Of a stretch of DNA of 64,000 bases, positions 9,263-18,141 are shown one piece after another. The stretch is from contig CP070837.1 in NCBI GenBank assembly GCA_020341815.1, positions 1,368,195 through 1,432,194 on the forward strand, written 5' to 3'. The stretch comes from Candidatus Omnitrophota bacterium (GTDB lineage Bacteria; Omnitrophota; Gorgyraeia; JAFGHF01). Under the pieces are notes generated by a model. That model worked only from the letters and a program-made list of their open reading frames with translations, did not search any database and had not been told where the DNA came from. Made by a program: the position numbers and the translations under genes. The stretch's first letter is position 1, and each line of letters starts with the position of its first letter.

Positions 9263-10121
9263 AAGACCTACCACACAATTATCCCAAGGTGACATACTCG
9301 CAAAGACAGAAGACATAAAAAGAGTTCTGGAAAAAGTCCACCCTCATTATCTCAAAGAAGATTACCTCTATTTTATTGTATTAACGCAATCCTGCGATTT
9401 AGTTCGTAGAAAAGGCGATCGTTGCATTGCTCAATACATTACACTGGCTGCTATTCGTCCTCTAGAGCTTTTAATTGCAAGACAAATAAGAAAATACCAA
9501 AAAGATATTATTGAAATAAAAGGAAAATTTGTTGCCCGTTCAAAACAAAACCTGTTAAATAATTTTATTACTCGGTTATTAAATAACAATGAACCAGACT
9601 ATTTTTATCTACACGAAGATGCAACTATGGGCTTTCCTGAATCTTGTGTAGCTTTTTTGAGATTGTCAATCGCACTTAAAGCAAGCCTACATTATGAAAA
9701 TTGTCTAAAAGCCAAAAAGCTGGAGCTCGATGATAATTTTAAGGCCAAACTGGGATGGCTTGTTGGAAATATATATTCGAGGGTAGGTACTGATGATTGG
9801 GTTCCGGACTACAGGGATGAAGGTCAATTTAATAAAATGATACAAGAGATTTTAAATGCAAACTGCCTTTGGATAGATAATATAAAAGAATTTTTGAGAC
9901 AGGTTCGTTCAAAATATACTTCTGAGCAAATTGAAAGAATGAGAGAAACGGAATTGCAAAAATTGGTACAGACTATTAGAATCCCTACTAAAAAAGAACA
10001 GATTTTAAATCGATTACAAGAGTTGCTACACCAAGATACAACTATAACAGACAAGAGTGTTGTTGGTAAAGTTATTAAAAGGATCAAAAACGACACAACG
10101 ATATCTGGCTTGTTAAAATAA
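9243..10121 (+). CDS. Hypothetical protein with QGD...LTQSCDL motif (putative PemK/MazF-like fold)
   Basis: LSQGDIL and IVLTQSCDLVR in the N-terminal part, YSRVG motif later; fold assignment is inference. Confidence 0.55.
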   Translation: MPHFTYKRPTTQLSQGDILAKTEDIKRVLEKVHPHYLKEDYLYFIVLTQSCDLVRRKGDRCIAQYITLAAIRPLELLIARQIRKYQKDIIEIKGKFVARSKQNLLNNFITRLLNNNEPDYFYLHEDATMGFPESCVAFLRLSIALKASLHYENCLKAKKLELDDNFKAKLGWLVGNIYSRVGTDDWVPDYRDEGQFNKMIQEILNANCLWIDNIKEFLRQVRSKYTSEQIERMRETELQKLVQTIRIPTKKEQILNRLQELLHQDTTITDKSVVGKVIKRIKNDTTISGLLK

Positions 10122-10183
10122 GCATTCTAACTAATTTATATAAAAATAAAAGCTAAAAAACTTTGAGAAATGGAGATAGCACT

Positions 10184-11161
10184 ATGTCATTAGCAATAAA
10201 TACAACAACGCCAGAAGGAATTGTTTTAGCAACTGATAGTAGACAATCTTATCGTAATCGTAAAGGAATGGCCCGAATAGGAAGTGATAATGCTTCTAAG
10301 CTTTTTCAGCTAAACAAAAGAGTTGGAGTTGCCGTAACTGGGTTAGCATTTTTGCCTGAAAATGGAGTACCTAAAAATATAAGTAAGTTTATTGAAGAAT
10401 TTAAACGGGAAACTGAAGTAGAAAAATTAGATGTCAAAGATATAGCTGAAAAATTACATTTTCTTTTTAACGAAAAATATAGATGGGAAGAACAATTAGA
10501 TAAAATACCAGAAAAGATTAAGGGTGATCTTCAAAAACAAGGCTGCGAAGTCCTAGAAATTAAAAAAGAACAATATAGAGTTAAATTCCGTTTCAAAGAT
10601 CCTCAAGGTAATGTAAAAGATGGTGTAGGTGGAGTAGATATGATAATTCTTTTAGTTGCAGGATATAATAAAAATGGTTCTCACGAGGTCCATATTTGTT
10701 ATATTCCAGGAGAAATTCAAAAGAAAAGAGATAGCAGAGAAAGAGGCAAAGAATATGGTGCTTCTTGGATTGGGCAAAGCGATGTAGTGATACGGATTAT
10801 TTTGGGTTGTGATAGTAGGGTAAGAAATATTAAGTTTGTTAATGAAGCAATTCAAAAATATAATATAGAAGAGATAAATAAACAACTAAGAAACTTACAA
10901 TATAACATTCAATGGGGCACAATGGCTCTTCAGGATGCTGTTGATTTCTGTGTTCTGATGATTCAGACTACTTCAGCTATTCAACGGTTCTCGGATGGCA
11001 TTCTAGCCGACCTTGGAGCCATGCCAGGTGTTGGTGGTTCTGTTGATGTTGCAGTAATAACACCTGATAAAGGATTTGTTTGGCTAAGTAAAAAGACGTT
11101 AAAAGCTGGAAAGGCTGAGATAGATTTAGATAAAGAATCCTATTCAGATAAGCTAGAATAG
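10184..11161 (+). CDS. Proteasome beta-type NTN hydrolase with N-terminal Ser
   Basis: (M)SLAINTTTPEGIVLATDSR, ASKLFQL, LLVAGY and GVGGSVDVAVIT match the beta-subunit pattern; GGAG RBS before ATG 10184. Confidence 0.7.
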   Translation: MSLAINTTTPEGIVLATDSRQSYRNRKGMARIGSDNASKLFQLNKRVGVAVTGLAFLPENGVPKNISKFIEEFKRETEVEKLDVKDIAEKLHFLFNEKYRWEEQLDKIPEKIKGDLQKQGCEVLEIKKEQYRVKFRFKDPQGNVKDGVGGVDMIILLVAGYNKNGSHEVHICYIPGEIQKKRDSRERGKEYGASWIGQSDVVIRIILGCDSRVRNIKFVNEAIQKYNIEEINKQLRNLQYNIQWGTMALQDAVDFCVLMIQTTSAIQRFSDGILADLGAMPGVGGSVDVAVITPDKGFVWLSKKTLKAGKAEIDLDKESYSDKLE

Positions 11162-11241
11162 TTGTTTTAATAGAACTTCCAACTTTCCACCCAATCCCTA
11201 AGAATCCCTAAGAATTCCGGGCATAATTCGCGGGAATTCCA

Positions 11242-11305
11242 GGGACAGCTCACTTAATTCCCGATAGATTAGTTGTTTCAGGGATTATGCTTTACTTACA
11301 CCTAC
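11242..11305. repeat. 63-bp direct repeat, right copy
   Basis: Matches 7683-7745; preceded by stuttered AATCCCTAAG x2 and AATTCCGGG/AATTCGCGGG/AATTCCAGGG. Confidence 0.9.
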
Positions 11306-11333
11306 GAGGTGGTAATTGAAAACAGGAGGTATA

Positions 11334-12593
11334 ATGTTACAATCACCACAGCAGACGAACATTTCATTTGACGGTCTGGGCATCGCTCCCAGGATACTTG
11401 AAATATTGGACCGGATGCGGTTTACTCATCCTACGACCATTCAACACAAGGCTATTCCTATCGGAATAGAAGGAAAGGATGTTATCGGTATCGCTCAGAC
11501 CGGAACCGGTAAAACGCTTGCTTTTGCTATCCCCATTATCCAGCGCCTTTCCCAGAGAAAAAAAGGACGCGCTTTAATTCTTGCGCCTACCAGGGAGCTT
11601 GCTGTCCAGATTAACGAGACGTTTGAAAAAATAGCCCCGTCATTCGGCATAAAGACGGTTGTTATTATAGGGGGAGCGTCTATGCATATGCAGCTGGCGG
11701 CATTGAGAAAGAACCCCCGCGTTATAATAGCGACACCCGGACGGCTTGTCGATCACATAGGCCGGCGCACAGTCTTTTTAGCGGACACAAATGTTTTAGT
11801 GCTTGATGAGGCCGATCGTATGTTTGACATGGGGTTTATGCCGCAGATAGAACGCATCCTCAAGGTTGTTCCGAAAAATAAACAGACGATGCTCTTTTCG
11901 GCGACAATCTCCGGGGAAGTTGTGAAAATAGCAGCCGCCTATATGAAGCTTCCTGTTCATGTCGAAGTCGCGCCATCCGGAACTGCCGCCGAAGGCGTAA
12001 TTCAGGAATTATTTATTGTTAAAAAGAACGCAAAGAAACGGCTCTTATTGAAATTGCTCCAGGGGTATCACGGAGCGGTGCTTGTCTTTTCCCGGACGAA
12101 GATGGGCGCTGGAAGGATTGCCAGATTTATCAGAGAGGCAGGCCATAGTGCCGCTGAGATACATTCCAATCGCTCGCTTAACCAGCGCAAACAAGCGCTT
12201 GAGGGTTTTAAGTCCGGCAGATATAGAGTGCTTGTTGCTACCGATATAGCGGCCAGGGGTATAGATGTTATCGGTATAGAGCTTGTTCTTAACTATGATA
12301 TCCCCGATGATACAGAAAATTACGTGCATCGCATCGGGCGCACAGGACGCGCCGGCCACAAAGGGCGGGCCATCTCTTTCGCCACGCCTGAGCAAGGCGG
12401 CGATGTCCGCAATATAGAAAGACTTATCAAAACCGCTTTGCCTATAGCCGAGCACCCCGAGTTTCCCCGGGAAAGATTTACTCAGCATTCTTCAAAGGGC
12501 TCGCAGTCTCGTCAGTTTCACGGCAGGAGAAGACATAAGCAAAGAAGACGAAAGAGGCCCCGTCGCTCCGAATCCCGGGGACACAACACTTAA
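11334..12593 (+). CDS. DEAD-box RNA helicase (RhlE-like)
   Basis: AQTGTGKT, PTRELA, TPGRL, LDEADRM, SAT and HRIGRTGRAG motifs; AGGAGG RBS. Confidence 0.95.
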   Translation: MLQSPQQTNISFDGLGIAPRILEILDRMRFTHPTTIQHKAIPIGIEGKDVIGIAQTGTGKTLAFAIPIIQRLSQRKKGRALILAPTRELAVQINETFEKIAPSFGIKTVVIIGGASMHMQLAALRKNPRVIIATPGRLVDHIGRRTVFLADTNVLVLDEADRMFDMGFMPQIERILKVVPKNKQTMLFSATISGEVVKIAAAYMKLPVHVEVAPSGTAAEGVIQELFIVKKNAKKRLLLKLLQGYHGAVLVFSRTKMGAGRIARFIREAGHSAAEIHSNRSLNQRKQALEGFKSGRYRVLVATDIAARGIDVIGIELVLNYDIPDDTENYVHRIGRTGRAGHKGRAISFATPEQGGDVRNIERLIKTALPIAEHPEFPRERFTQHSSKGSQSRQFHGRRRHKQRRRKRPRRSESRGHNT

Positions 12594-12601
12594 TTCCCGA
12601 T
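12577..12601. repeat. GGGGACA-type element left arm containing the helicase stop codon
   Basis: GGGGACACAACACTTAATTCCCGAT; encodes ...RGHNT-stop. Confidence 0.75.
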
Positions 12602-12624
12602 TTCATACATAAAAGGGCCATTAT

Positions 12625-13632
12625 TTGCCAAAGCTAAGATACGAAGTAGATCCGCATAATAGATTAGTTGTTTCAGGAACCGATAAAAAACTGCCTCTGG
12701 GGCGGTTTCGCAGGGTTTTTGATGGAAGATTTAAGATTGGGCCGGGTAATACCTTAATATATCATATCAAAGGCCCGATGTATGGCCTTGGGCCAGAAGA
12801 AAAAACGCCTCATCAGGTAAAGTTAAGGGGTAAATGGGCCTTGACCAAGAATCATGATTTGGTGCTCACACTTGATAAATGGCGCAGGCAGAGGATAGGA
12901 GATGAGCTTACCCTGCAGGGTGAAGTAATAGCTGCAGAGGCAAGCTCATTACTTTTTGCCGTTACAACAAGGTCAGAAAAGGATCTTGCCTCAACATATC
13001 TTTTGAAACTGCAGGGCATCTGGCAGGCAGATGAGCACAATAGGCTTATATTCAGGGTTAAGAGGGGCCAGGGAAGGCACGATACCTTAATTTTTGAGGG
13101 TATCTGGGAGATTAATAAGCATCATAGGATAATATACCACTATAAAAAAGCCCAACTCACACGAAAAAAGACATTAGATAAGACTATAACCTTTAAAGGC
13201 TATTGGGATATAGTTAGACGAAACAGGCTATCTTATAACTTAAGCCTGGATAATAAGTCAGGATTTGATTTTAAGACAGGCTTAGGCCGCCTGGATAAAG
13301 GTTATATAAAATATGAGATAGGTATAGGGGTAACTCCTGTTAGGCGCATCGTAATCCTATTTGGTAAATGGAAGATAAAGAAAAATACCGGCCTGTTATT
13401 TGAAATAGAGTATGAGAAAGGAAAGCCTCAAGCCATAATCTTTGGGGCTGAGGCCAGATTAACAAAACAGGATAAGATTGAATTTAAGCTTAAGAATATA
13501 TTCCATAAAGACTTAGGGATGGAGCTTAAGCTATCCAGAAGGCTTATTAAAGGCGATGGTGAAGCCTTCCTTAAGCTGCTTAGGGATAAAGAAGAAGTTA
13601 GTGTGTATGTGGGTGGGGCATGGAGATGGTAG
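12625..13632 (+). CDS. Basic beta-strand repeat protein of unknown function
   Basis: About six copies of a [LF]xGxWx5-6[HN]x[LI] unit; ends in GGAWRW. Confidence 0.7.
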   Translation: MPKLRYEVDPHNRLVVSGTDKKLPLGRFRRVFDGRFKIGPGNTLIYHIKGPMYGLGPEEKTPHQVKLRGKWALTKNHDLVLTLDKWRRQRIGDELTLQGEVIAAEASSLLFAVTTRSEKDLASTYLLKLQGIWQADEHNRLIFRVKRGQGRHDTLIFEGIWEINKHHRIIYHYKKAQLTRKKTLDKTITFKGYWDIVRRNRLSYNLSLDNKSGFDFKTGLGRLDKGYIKYEIGIGVTPVRRIVILFGKWKIKKNTGLLFEIEYEKGKPQAIIFGAEARLTKQDKIEFKLKNIFHKDLGMELKLSRRLIKGDGEAFLKLLRDKEEVSVYVGGAWRW

Positions 13633-13655
13633 ATTAGGAAAGGAGGGAATTCCCG

Positions 13656-14675
13656 ATGAAGCGATTAGCGGTATTTTGCGATGGGACTTGGCAGGACTTA
13701 AAAACAGATTACCCCACTAATGTTGTTAAATTAATGCAAGCCATGAAAAATAAAGACCGCGATGGCGTTGCCCAAATTGCGTTTTATGACGCGGGCATTG
13801 GCACAGCCGGATGGTATGATAAGCTCGCTGGCGGGGCGTTGGGGAAAGGTATCGATACGAATATTCTTGATTGTTACCGGTTTCTAATCTTGAATTATGA
13901 GCCCGGTGACGAGGTGTATCTTTTTGGCTTCAGCCGCGGCGCCTATACAGTCCGCTCGCTTGCCGGCCTTATTTACTGTTCCGGCTTACCTCAGCGCCAA
14001 CATATTCGCAGGATACACGAGGCATATCAGTTGTATCGTGATCCCGCCGTAAAACCAAGCAGTGAGAAGGCGCGGAATTTTAGGCTGGCCTATGGCGAGA
14101 ATATTGCTATCACTCTTTTAGGATGTTGGGATACTGTCGGAGCTTTGGGTATTCCAAGCCACTTGCTTTTTAGCAGACGCATCAATAAAAAATACCAATT
14201 CCACGATACAAATCTTAATCGCAAGATCAGTCATGCATTACACGCTGTATCGATTGATGAACCGCGTAACGCATTTAACGTTACGCCTATGCATAGAAGC
14301 GAGGGTGCCGTCGAACAGGATATTGAAGAGGTTTGGTTTCCCGGCGACCATGGCGCAGTAGGCGGAAACAAGGATAAAGCCGGTCTTTCCGATATAACTT
14401 TACAATGGATGATTGAGCAGATAAAGATTTGCAATCTCGGACTTTCCTTTGACGCCGGATACGTCCAGCCGCCGCTTAATCCCAATCACGCCATACCGTT
14501 TAAGATAACAATGTCGCCGTTTGACCGAATAGTCTGCGGACGGATTGTGCGCACAATTACTGCAGAGTTTAAGGATATTCACGAAAGCGCCAAAAAACGC
14601 TGGCACGATTGTCTGGATTATCGCCCCAATAATTTAGTGGATAAATTTAAGGAAGAACTTGACAGGTGGATATAG
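13656..14675 (+). CDS. DUF2235 / Tle1-like alpha/beta hydrolase
   Basis: FCDGTWQ, TNVVKL, FGFSRGAYTVR, WDTVG, HAVSIDE and WFPGDHG motifs. Confidence 0.9.
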   Translation: MKRLAVFCDGTWQDLKTDYPTNVVKLMQAMKNKDRDGVAQIAFYDAGIGTAGWYDKLAGGALGKGIDTNILDCYRFLILNYEPGDEVYLFGFSRGAYTVRSLAGLIYCSGLPQRQHIRRIHEAYQLYRDPAVKPSSEKARNFRLAYGENIAITLLGCWDTVGALGIPSHLLFSRRINKKYQFHDTNLNRKISHALHAVSIDEPRNAFNVTPMHRSEGAVEQDIEEVWFPGDHGAVGGNKDKAGLSDITLQWMIEQIKICNLGLSFDAGYVQPPLNPNHAIPFKITMSPFDRIVCGRIVRTITAEFKDIHESAKKRWHDCLDYRPNNLVDKFKEELDRWI

Positions 14676-14693
14676 GCACAGCAACCGTTTGTC

Positions 14694-14739
14694 CGGCCTC
14701 AAGATAACACTTGAGGCCGTTTTGTTTTAGAGGTATAAT
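14694..14739 (+). promoter_or_regulatory. Hairpin overlapping a sigma70-type promoter; probable leaderless mRNA
   Basis: CGGCCTCAAG-6-CTTGAGGCCG stem; TTGAGG-17-TATAAT; ATG lies 6 nt after the -10 with no RBS. Confidence 0.6.
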
Positions 14740-14745
14740 TGAAAT

Positions 14746-15420
14746 ATGAATCCCTCCGAATTAAAGAAAAAGACATTGATATGGACTGTCGTGTCGTTTT
14801 TGATGATGGGGCTGCTTTTGTTTTTGCCTGCGGGAACCGTGTTTTATTGGCAGGCCTGGGTGTATATGGCGATTCTATTTGTGCCTATGCTATTTGCCAT
14901 CGGGTATTTACTTAAATATGATCCTGTGTTATTGGAGCGCAGGTTGAGATTGAAGGAAAAGCTGGTGCTTCAGGATAGGCTCATCAAATGGGCCTATTTG
15001 ATCTTTGGGTTGTTTCTTGTGATTCCGGGCCTGGATCAGCGTTATCATTGGTCGAAGGTGGCGCCGGCAGTGGTGGTGCCGGCAGAAATATTGGTTTTAG
15101 CCGGATATATATTATGTTTATGGGTGTTTAAAGAGAATCCCTATGCCTCGCGCATTGTTGAGGTAATGCCGGAGCAGAAGGTGGTTACTACCGGCCTGTA
15201 TGCGCTGGTGCGCCATCCTATGTATCTGGGGGCATTAGTCATGTATGTTTTTACGCCGCTTGCTCTGGGCTCTTACTGGGCGCTGTTACTTATTCCTTTC
15301 TTGACAATTTTTCTGGTGCTCCGAATCCTCGATGAGGAAAAATTATTATTGCGCCAGTTGAGAGGTTATTGGGAATATACCCAAAAGACCAGGTATCGTT
15401 TAATCCCGGGCATCTGGTAA
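14746..15420 (+). CDS. Isoprenylcysteine carboxylmethyltransferase family membrane protein
   Basis: VVTTGLYALVRHPMYLG and RILDEEKLL...Y..Y...RYRLIPGIW. Confidence 0.9.
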   Translation: MNPSELKKKTLIWTVVSFLMMGLLLFLPAGTVFYWQAWVYMAILFVPMLFAIGYLLKYDPVLLERRLRLKEKLVLQDRLIKWAYLIFGLFLVIPGLDQRYHWSKVAPAVVVPAEILVLAGYILCLWVFKENPYASRIVEVMPEQKVVTTGLYALVRHPMYLGALVMYVFTPLALGSYWALLLIPFLTIFLVLRILDEEKLLLRQLRGYWEYTQKTRYRLIPGIW

Positions 15421-15468
15421 TAATTCCAGGGACACAATTCTGTATCTAGTATAAAAGGCAAGGAGGAA

Positions 15469-15759
15469 ATGACCGAGTTCATTGTAAATGAAATTGTTGA
15501 CGGCGACACTTTTAAGGTTAAAAATGGCTGGAAATGGAACGAAAAAAGAGGTGATATTATTCGCCCTACGGGGTATAATACCCCTGAGAGAGAGGAGCCG
15601 GGATACGAGCAGGCGAAGCAAAAGCTAAAGAATCTTATCTTAGGGAAAACGATAGATATGAAAAGCGCTAAAGTTATTGATGAATGGGGAAGGTTAGTAG
15701 CGGATATTTATTACAACGGCAAAAATATCGCTGACTATTTCCCCGAGTATAAAGATTAA
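15469..15759 (+). CDS. Thermonuclease (SNase) family protein
   Basis: IVDGDTF, IR..GYNTPE and DEWGRLVADIY. Confidence 0.85.
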   Translation: MTEFIVNEIVDGDTFKVKNGWKWNEKRGDIIRPTGYNTPEREEPGYEQAKQKLKNLILGKTIDMKSAKVIDEWGRLVADIYYNGKNIADYFPEYKD

Positions 15760-15787
15760 GAACCGGAACCCGGGAAAGGAAGTGACT

Positions 15788-17329
15788 ATGGAAAATAAGC
15801 CTTGGTATATGAGAGTGTTATTAGCTATACAGAGTTTCTTTACGGACATCATAGGTACTATTTTTAAGAAGATCTTTCGCATAAATGTCGGCGCGAGTGA
15901 TAACGGCAACGGTGGCACAAACGCTGATGACACTGACACTGACACTGACACTGACACTGACACCGATACTGATACCGATACTGATACTATGATTCAGTGG
16001 CTGAAGACCAATGTTTTTGCAGATGGTATGCCCCGCAGTTTTGAAGTCCCGAAAGATTGGAGTGCAATTGGCGAGCCTGATACGGTGGAAGGGGTTATCG
16101 AAAGGATTATTATTAATAATAGCATCAGTACTTACGATGGCGCTACCTGGCAGATAGCTTTAGCTGTGGAAGGCGGAAAAGATAATTTAGCTGCCGCCGA
16201 TAAGTTTACCGAGGTTCTTAACAGTGGCAGCTGGTCTGAGCTGGAAATCATACGCGGCTACAAAGAATTTATCTATAGGGGTAAAAGATTGCCTGAGCAA
16301 AATGCCTATTTCTTCAGGCTTATTTCCCCTAACTGGCAGCAGCCTGACCCGTTAGATGGTAAGACCCATATTAAGGGATATCCCGGGCCAGATTATGATC
16401 GTGACCTTATTGTTTGGGCCGACTGGAAGCCGATTACAGGGGAAAATGCCTGGGTTATTATAGGTGCATTACAAACTGCCTATAAGAAATATAATGGAGA
16501 GGTTCCCTTAGACAAAGACGAGTTCAAATTGGCAGAAAGCATTATTCCGGCAATGGAGGCTCTGCAGATAGATATGGGAGCTATTTTGCATGCGCCGGAA
16601 GGTACTGACGGCAAGGACCCCGATGAGATCTCTACCGAAAATGACCTTTCGGCCTATGCCGCCTTGAAGATGATGCATAAAGTTACTAATGACTCTAGAT
16701 ATGATAGAATGATGCAGGGCCTGAGGAGCTATTTCATAGAATATGCTTTTGACAAAAGTAATAATATCTTCTATCAAGGGGGAAAATTCAAAAATAATAA
16801 CTTTAGCCCTAACCTAACCTTTGCGGTTGATTGTCAAACATGGGGTATTATGGTATTGACCCCTAAGACAATAGATGAATGGTTTAATGAAGAAGGCTTG
16901 GCCTATAAAATATGGAAGAATACCAAGAGACGTGCCGGCTATTATGATGTAAACGGTGTTTTAAGAGGGGTAGGTTATAGCGATGAAAAAGATATCTTAA
17001 GTGTAGAGTGGACGGCAGGCGCCATTTTTGCTGCTCATGCCTTAGCCGATTATTACAAGGATAGTCGGGGGGAGGAAGCTGCCAGGGATGCTCGTACTAT
17101 GAGGGAGGGTATCGATGAACTGAAATTGAAAATTAACAGCAAAGAGACCGCCTACTATTATGCTAATAAACGGTATTATATACCCTTTGGTTGGTGGGCT
17201 AACCCTATACTCAGCACCACTTCTACGGCTTGGGTATACTTTGTAGATAAAGGCTTTGATCCTTTCTTGCTTGGAGGAAGAAAGGATATTTCTATTTCAA
17301 TTCCCAATTTTTCGAATTCCTTAAAATAA
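15788..17329 (+). CDS. Putative six-hairpin glycosidase-like protein with an N-terminal (DT)10 linker
   Basis: YDGATWQIAL, STEND, AVDCQTW and VEWTAG motifs suggest an (alpha/alpha)6 fold; family assignment is inference. Confidence 0.5.
   Translation: MENKPWYMRVLLAIQSFFTDIIGTIFKKIFRINVGASDNGNGGTNADDTDTDTDTDTDTDTDTDTDTMIQWLKTNVFADGMPRSFEVPKDWSAIGEPDTVEGVIERIIINNSISTYDGATWQIALAVEGGKDNLAAADKFTEVLNSGSWSELEIIRGYKEFIYRGKRLPEQNAYFFRLISPNWQQPDPLDGKTHIKGYPGPDYDRDLIVWADWKPITGENAWVIIGALQTAYKKYNGEVPLDKDEFKLAESIIPAMEALQIDMGAILHAPEGTDGKDPDEISTENDLSAYAALKMMHKVTNDSRYDRMMQGLRSYFIEYAFDKSNNIFYQGGKFKNNNFSPNLTFAVDCQTWGIMVLTPKTIDEWFNEEGLAYKIWKNTKRRAGYYDVNGVLRGVGYSDEKDILSVEWTAGAIFAAHALADYYKDSRGEEAARDARTMREGIDELKLKINSKETAYYYANKRYYIPFGWWANPILSTTSTAWVYFVDKGFDPFLLGGRKDISISIPNFSNSLK
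15929..15988 (+). repeat. In-frame hexamer tandem repeat (GAYACY)x10
   Basis: Five perfect GACACT followed by five variant copies; encodes DT x10. Confidence 0.95.
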
Positions 17330-17342
17330 TAAGGACGGGAAA

Positions 17343-17371
17343 AATTCCGGGGATAGCTTACTTAATTCCCG
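17343..17371. repeat. GGGGACA-type element, degenerate left arm
   Basis: AATTCCGGGGATAGCTTACTTAATTCCCG resembles 7682 and 11242. Confidence 0.7.
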
Positions 17372-17391
17372 GATAAATACCGCTTCAAAAC

Positions 17392-17760
17392 ATGAAAAAT
17401 ATTATAATCGAAAGCGCAGGCGGAAAGATTGAGTTAAAAGTAGAGCCCCTTGATAACCCCACCTCCAGGAAAATCTCATCATCCTTACCTATAGAATCAA
17501 GAGCCGAAACCTGGGGAGACGAAATATATTTTGATACGGGTATTGCGGCCTCTGCTTCCGGCGGGACTCTGGATGTCGATGTAGGGGATATCGCATATTG
17601 GCCGGAAGGAAAATGCCTGTGTATATTTTTCGGCAGGACCCCTGCCAGCAGTGGTGAAAAGCCTGCTCCGGCAAGTGAAGTCGTTATTGTGGGAAAGGCG
17701 CGACTTAATCCCGAATCGTTGCGCAGGGTAAAGCCGGGTTCCAAAATAAGGGTCAGCTAA
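17392..17760 (+). CDS. Cyclophilin-like fold protein (DUF369/TM1367-like)
   Basis: WGDEIYF and GDIAYWPEGKCLCIFFGRTP. Confidence 0.85.
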   Translation: MKNIIIESAGGKIELKVEPLDNPTSRKISSSLPIESRAETWGDEIYFDTGIAASASGGTLDVDVGDIAYWPEGKCLCIFFGRTPASSGEKPAPASEVVIVGKARLNPESLRRVKPGSKIRVS

Positions 17761-17766
17761 AGAAAA

Positions 17767-18141
17767 ATGCCTATGGCAGTCGATAAGATATTGAAGCGCC
17801 TGGCCAAATCAAGGTTCAGGTCGAGCTTTAAATTAAACGATAAGGATATCGAATACATAAATAAAAAGGGCTTGGGGGAAATAAAGTCTCATGCCAGAGA
17901 GTTTATTATAGAGAGGCTCGCCCCTAAGAATCCCAAAAATGACGGGCGGCAGACGCCGCTTAGAAAACACCCTGTATTTAAGGCTCAACATGCTACAGCT
18001 ACCTGTTGCAGAGGCTGCCTTAAGGAGTGGCATAAAATACCCAGTGGGCGCAAGCTGAATGGGGATAATATAGATTTTATTGTATCGCTTATAATGAGCT
18101 GGATTAGCGCGCAAGCAGATGCAAAGGATAAAGTTAGTTAA
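17767..18141 (+). CDS. DUF4186 family protein
   Basis: RLAKSRFRSSFKL, NDGRQTP..HPVFKAQHATATCCRGCL. Confidence 0.88.
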   Translation: MPMAVDKILKRLAKSRFRSSFKLNDKDIEYINKKGLGEIKSHAREFIIERLAPKNPKNDGRQTPLRKHPVFKAQHATATCCRGCLKEWHKIPSGRKLNGDNIDFIVSLIMSWISAQADAKDKVS

